In this document: in pieces, positions 62,186 through 64,000 of the stretch
How positions within the stretch are numbered: the first letter of the stretch is position 1
Layout: each line of letters starts with the position of its first letter
Origin: Nitrosopumilaceae archaeon
Lineage (GTDB): Archaea; Thermoproteota; Nitrososphaeria; Nitrososphaerales; Nitrosopumilaceae
NCBI GenBank assembly: GCA_965214835.1
Contig: CBDCCK010000002.1
Location: 1,664,001 to 1,728,000, forward strand
Length of the DNA stretch: 64,000 bases
Direction of reading: 5' to 3'
Made by a program: the position numbers and the translations under genes
Notes under the pieces: generated by a model
The model's database searches: none
Told to the model about the DNA's origin: nothing
The model's input: the letters and a program-made list of their open reading frames with translations, nothing else

Positions 62186-62539
62186 TTGCCGTTTGGAGCC
62201 CACAGGCTGGTCCGATTCTTTACGGAGAAAAAGACAAACCTGCTGTATGTCATAATGCCGGCATACGGATCTTCAGTGCCACCGCTTTTGGATCTTTTTG
62301 GAAAGGTCAATCCCGTGCTGAACCCTGTCACACTGAACCCTGCAACCGTGGTTACGCTCATCCTTTTGGAATTGAGTAGGATATATGGAATATATGTTGA
62401 CTATCCTTTCGAATTCTTTTTGGTGATAGTGATCTCGAACCTGTTGTTCTGGGTTCCAATGGCCCGCTATGTCATGATTCCGTTGCTGAACAGGGTGTTT
62501 TATCCCAAACGCAAGGATGGTAGGTGGACTAGACCCTGA
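62186..62539 (+). CDS. Small membrane protein
   Basis: Two to three hydrophobic segments and a basic C-terminus; 19 bp after preproprotein B; start uncertain. Confidence 0.5.
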   Translation: MPFGAHRLVRFFTEKKTNLLYVIMPAYGSSVPPLLDLFGKVNPVLNPVTLNPATVVTLILLELSRIYGIYVDYPFEFFLVIVISNLLFWVPMARYVMIPLLNRVFYPKRKDGRWTRP

Positions 62540-62840
62540 TTTTCACATCCTGTGCGTGACTCAGACTCGAACCCTTCCTAGTTAAGACCCAATCCCAGAA
62601 CGGGCTTGTTGGGCAGCCTGTGCCTTATGGGTCTGTCAAATTCGACGGCACAAGAGTTTACCTAGCCAGCATTTGCACTGGTGACGGATGACGGTGTCAT
62701 GCCTGCCCACAACCTAAACACAAGGTACTGGCATCTGGTGCGGACCGACCTTGCACACTCGGAGAAGGGATGAACTGCTTTTTGGACTATACACGTTTCC
62801 ATTAGAAATTCAAAAATACGGGCGCCCTTGAAATATCGTT

Positions 62841-62941
62841 GCAGGGGTATCGAAGCCCGGTCAACCGAGGGGGACTCAAGATCCTAAAAATAGGAAATCC
62901 CCTCTCTTAGGAGTTCGTGGGTTCAAATCCCACCTCCTGCA
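62841..62941 (+). tRNA. tRNA-Leu(CAA) with a 16-nt intron at the canonical 37/38 position (62881-62896)
   Basis: Acceptor GCAGGGG/CTCCTGC-A; anticodon stem GGGGA/TCCCC with CTCAAG; long variable arm; GTGGG-TTCAAAT-CCCAC T-arm; intron hairpin TCCTA/TAGGA. Confidence 0.92.
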
Positions 62942-63163
62942 TACTTGACCTTCAAAAGTAAATTTCTGCAACTGTGGCTTTTGCCATGATCGCACATGTT
63001 TTGCAATTTGTGTTGTTCCCTGCGAGGGATCTACTCATGTCCGTCCCCACTGGTCATTGTCTCCTAGGGCAGCCTCAAGATCCCCGGTTATCACGACGAG
63101 CATTCCATAGATCTTGCTCTGGGGACTCGTCTGGATCCTGAGGCTGATTTGTCAAATTCGGGA

Positions 63164-63334
63164 GACTTTGAAGACTTTTGGCGCCTGAAGGCCCTGTTTT
63201 GACTACTTTGACTACTTTGACTACTTTGACTACTTTGACTACTTTTGGCGCCTGAAGGCCCTGTTTTGACTACTTTGACTACTTTGACTACTTTGACTAC
63301 TTTGACTACTTTTGGCGCCTGAAGGCCCTGTTTT
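63164..63334. repeat. Nested tandem repeat: (GACTACTTT)x5 blocks separated by three copies of TGGCGCCTGAAGGCCCTGTTTT (67-bp period)
   Basis: GGCGCCTGAAGG at 63180, 63247 and 63314. Confidence 0.95.
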
Positions 63335-63415
63335 ATCTGAAGATTTGACAAGCCATCTAGCCATTCACATGACTTTTAATTATGGATCACTTCTCTGGCC
63401 GGCAGGCACGTAACC

Positions 63416-64000
63416 TCACACGTCGTTTTCTGAGCCTCGACCCCTTAAGAGATATTCTCTAAACAGCGGTATTGGAAACCGGTATGCCCCGCGTCTGGGC
63501 CTGTGGATGAGGCCCTTTTCTTCCAAGCGCCTCAGATGGCTTGACAGTGTACCCTTGACGATCTTCGATGATTTCTGAATCGAAGAGAGTGTGGTTTCTT
63601 CCTTCTGTAGGGATGCTATGGCATGCAATACGCGTATCTGACCATCGCTCAATGGCTCCACCCGGCGATCAAAGAAATCACGCCACACCTTCTTTTTTAT
63701 CAGATTTTTAACTGACCTGTAGTCATCCAGGTCTATGTCCTCCTTGCTGATGCGGCTTATGATCTCACTACAAAAAAACTGGATAAAGTACGGATACCCG
63801 TCCGTGTCCTGCACGATCGATGAGACCAGCTCATCGGAAAACCTCCAATTGGTCTTTTTGAGCGGCTCTAATATCGCTTTTCGGGCGCCGTCATCGCCGA
63901 GATTGCCTATGAGAAATGACGTGAACATCCTCTGAGTAGGAACGTGCGATCTTGATGTTCGCTGACAGGGCCGGGAGCCCGGACAAGACAAACGAGTACC
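63416..64000 (-). pseudogene. 3' part of an AAA+ ATPase with C-terminal winged helix; frameshift near 63930; continues beyond the window
   Basis: VLSGLPAL...ARSYSE/RMF, TDGYPYFIQ, LSSHLRRLEEKGLIH...GAYRF-IPLFREYL. Confidence 0.75.

Noticed and set aside
63164-63334. CRISPR array
   Set aside because: The 'spacers' are identical microsatellite blocks, there are only three repeats, and no cas genes are present in the window.
63091-63351. ORF with KVV and SSQ repeats
   Set aside because: Produced by the 67-bp-period repeat shifting frames; unlikely to be a real protein.

Overview
64 kb of an archaeal chromosome, most likely Nitrososphaerota/Nitrosopumilaceae. The evidence is the rpl18e-rpl13-rps9 order, cofE, hemL-hemC-cobA-hemD, sufB-sufD-Rieske-sufS-sufU, PstS with an IPxWIR-type C-terminal tail and an intron-containing tRNA-Leu(CAA). 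The heavy load of IS elements, MITEs and pseudogenes suggests a host-associated lineage such as a sponge symbiont (inference). Core blocks encode ribosomal proteins, leuCD plus a second aconitase-family pair, an ABC-2 exporter, the pst/phoU phosphate locus, sbtAB, arsR-arsC-aquaporin, tetrapyrrole synthesis, SUF and pgk. Between them lie accessory regions with IS66, IS5-like (DDE_Tnp_4), ISH3, IS630, IS3 and IS110 remnants and about six families of 85-130 bp MITEs, several with readable TIRs and TSDs. Most notable: (1) a symmetric cassette at 57.6-62.5 kb, where two unrelated secreted Cys-containing preproproteins point outward from near-identical ~45-bp promoters that flank a NarX/PilJ-sensor histidine kinase, a receiver and a putative regulator; (2) a secreted protein with three tandem Hcp/tail-tube-like domains inside the pst locus; (3) a coiled-coil protein with 12+ SPKK histone-H1-like repeats; (4) a candidate bridge-RNA-like leader on an archaeal IS110 remnant; (5) a three-gene HEPN module; (6) a nested 9-bp/67-bp repeat downstream of tRNA-Leu. 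All calls come from reading the sequence and the ORF track by eye; no searches were run.
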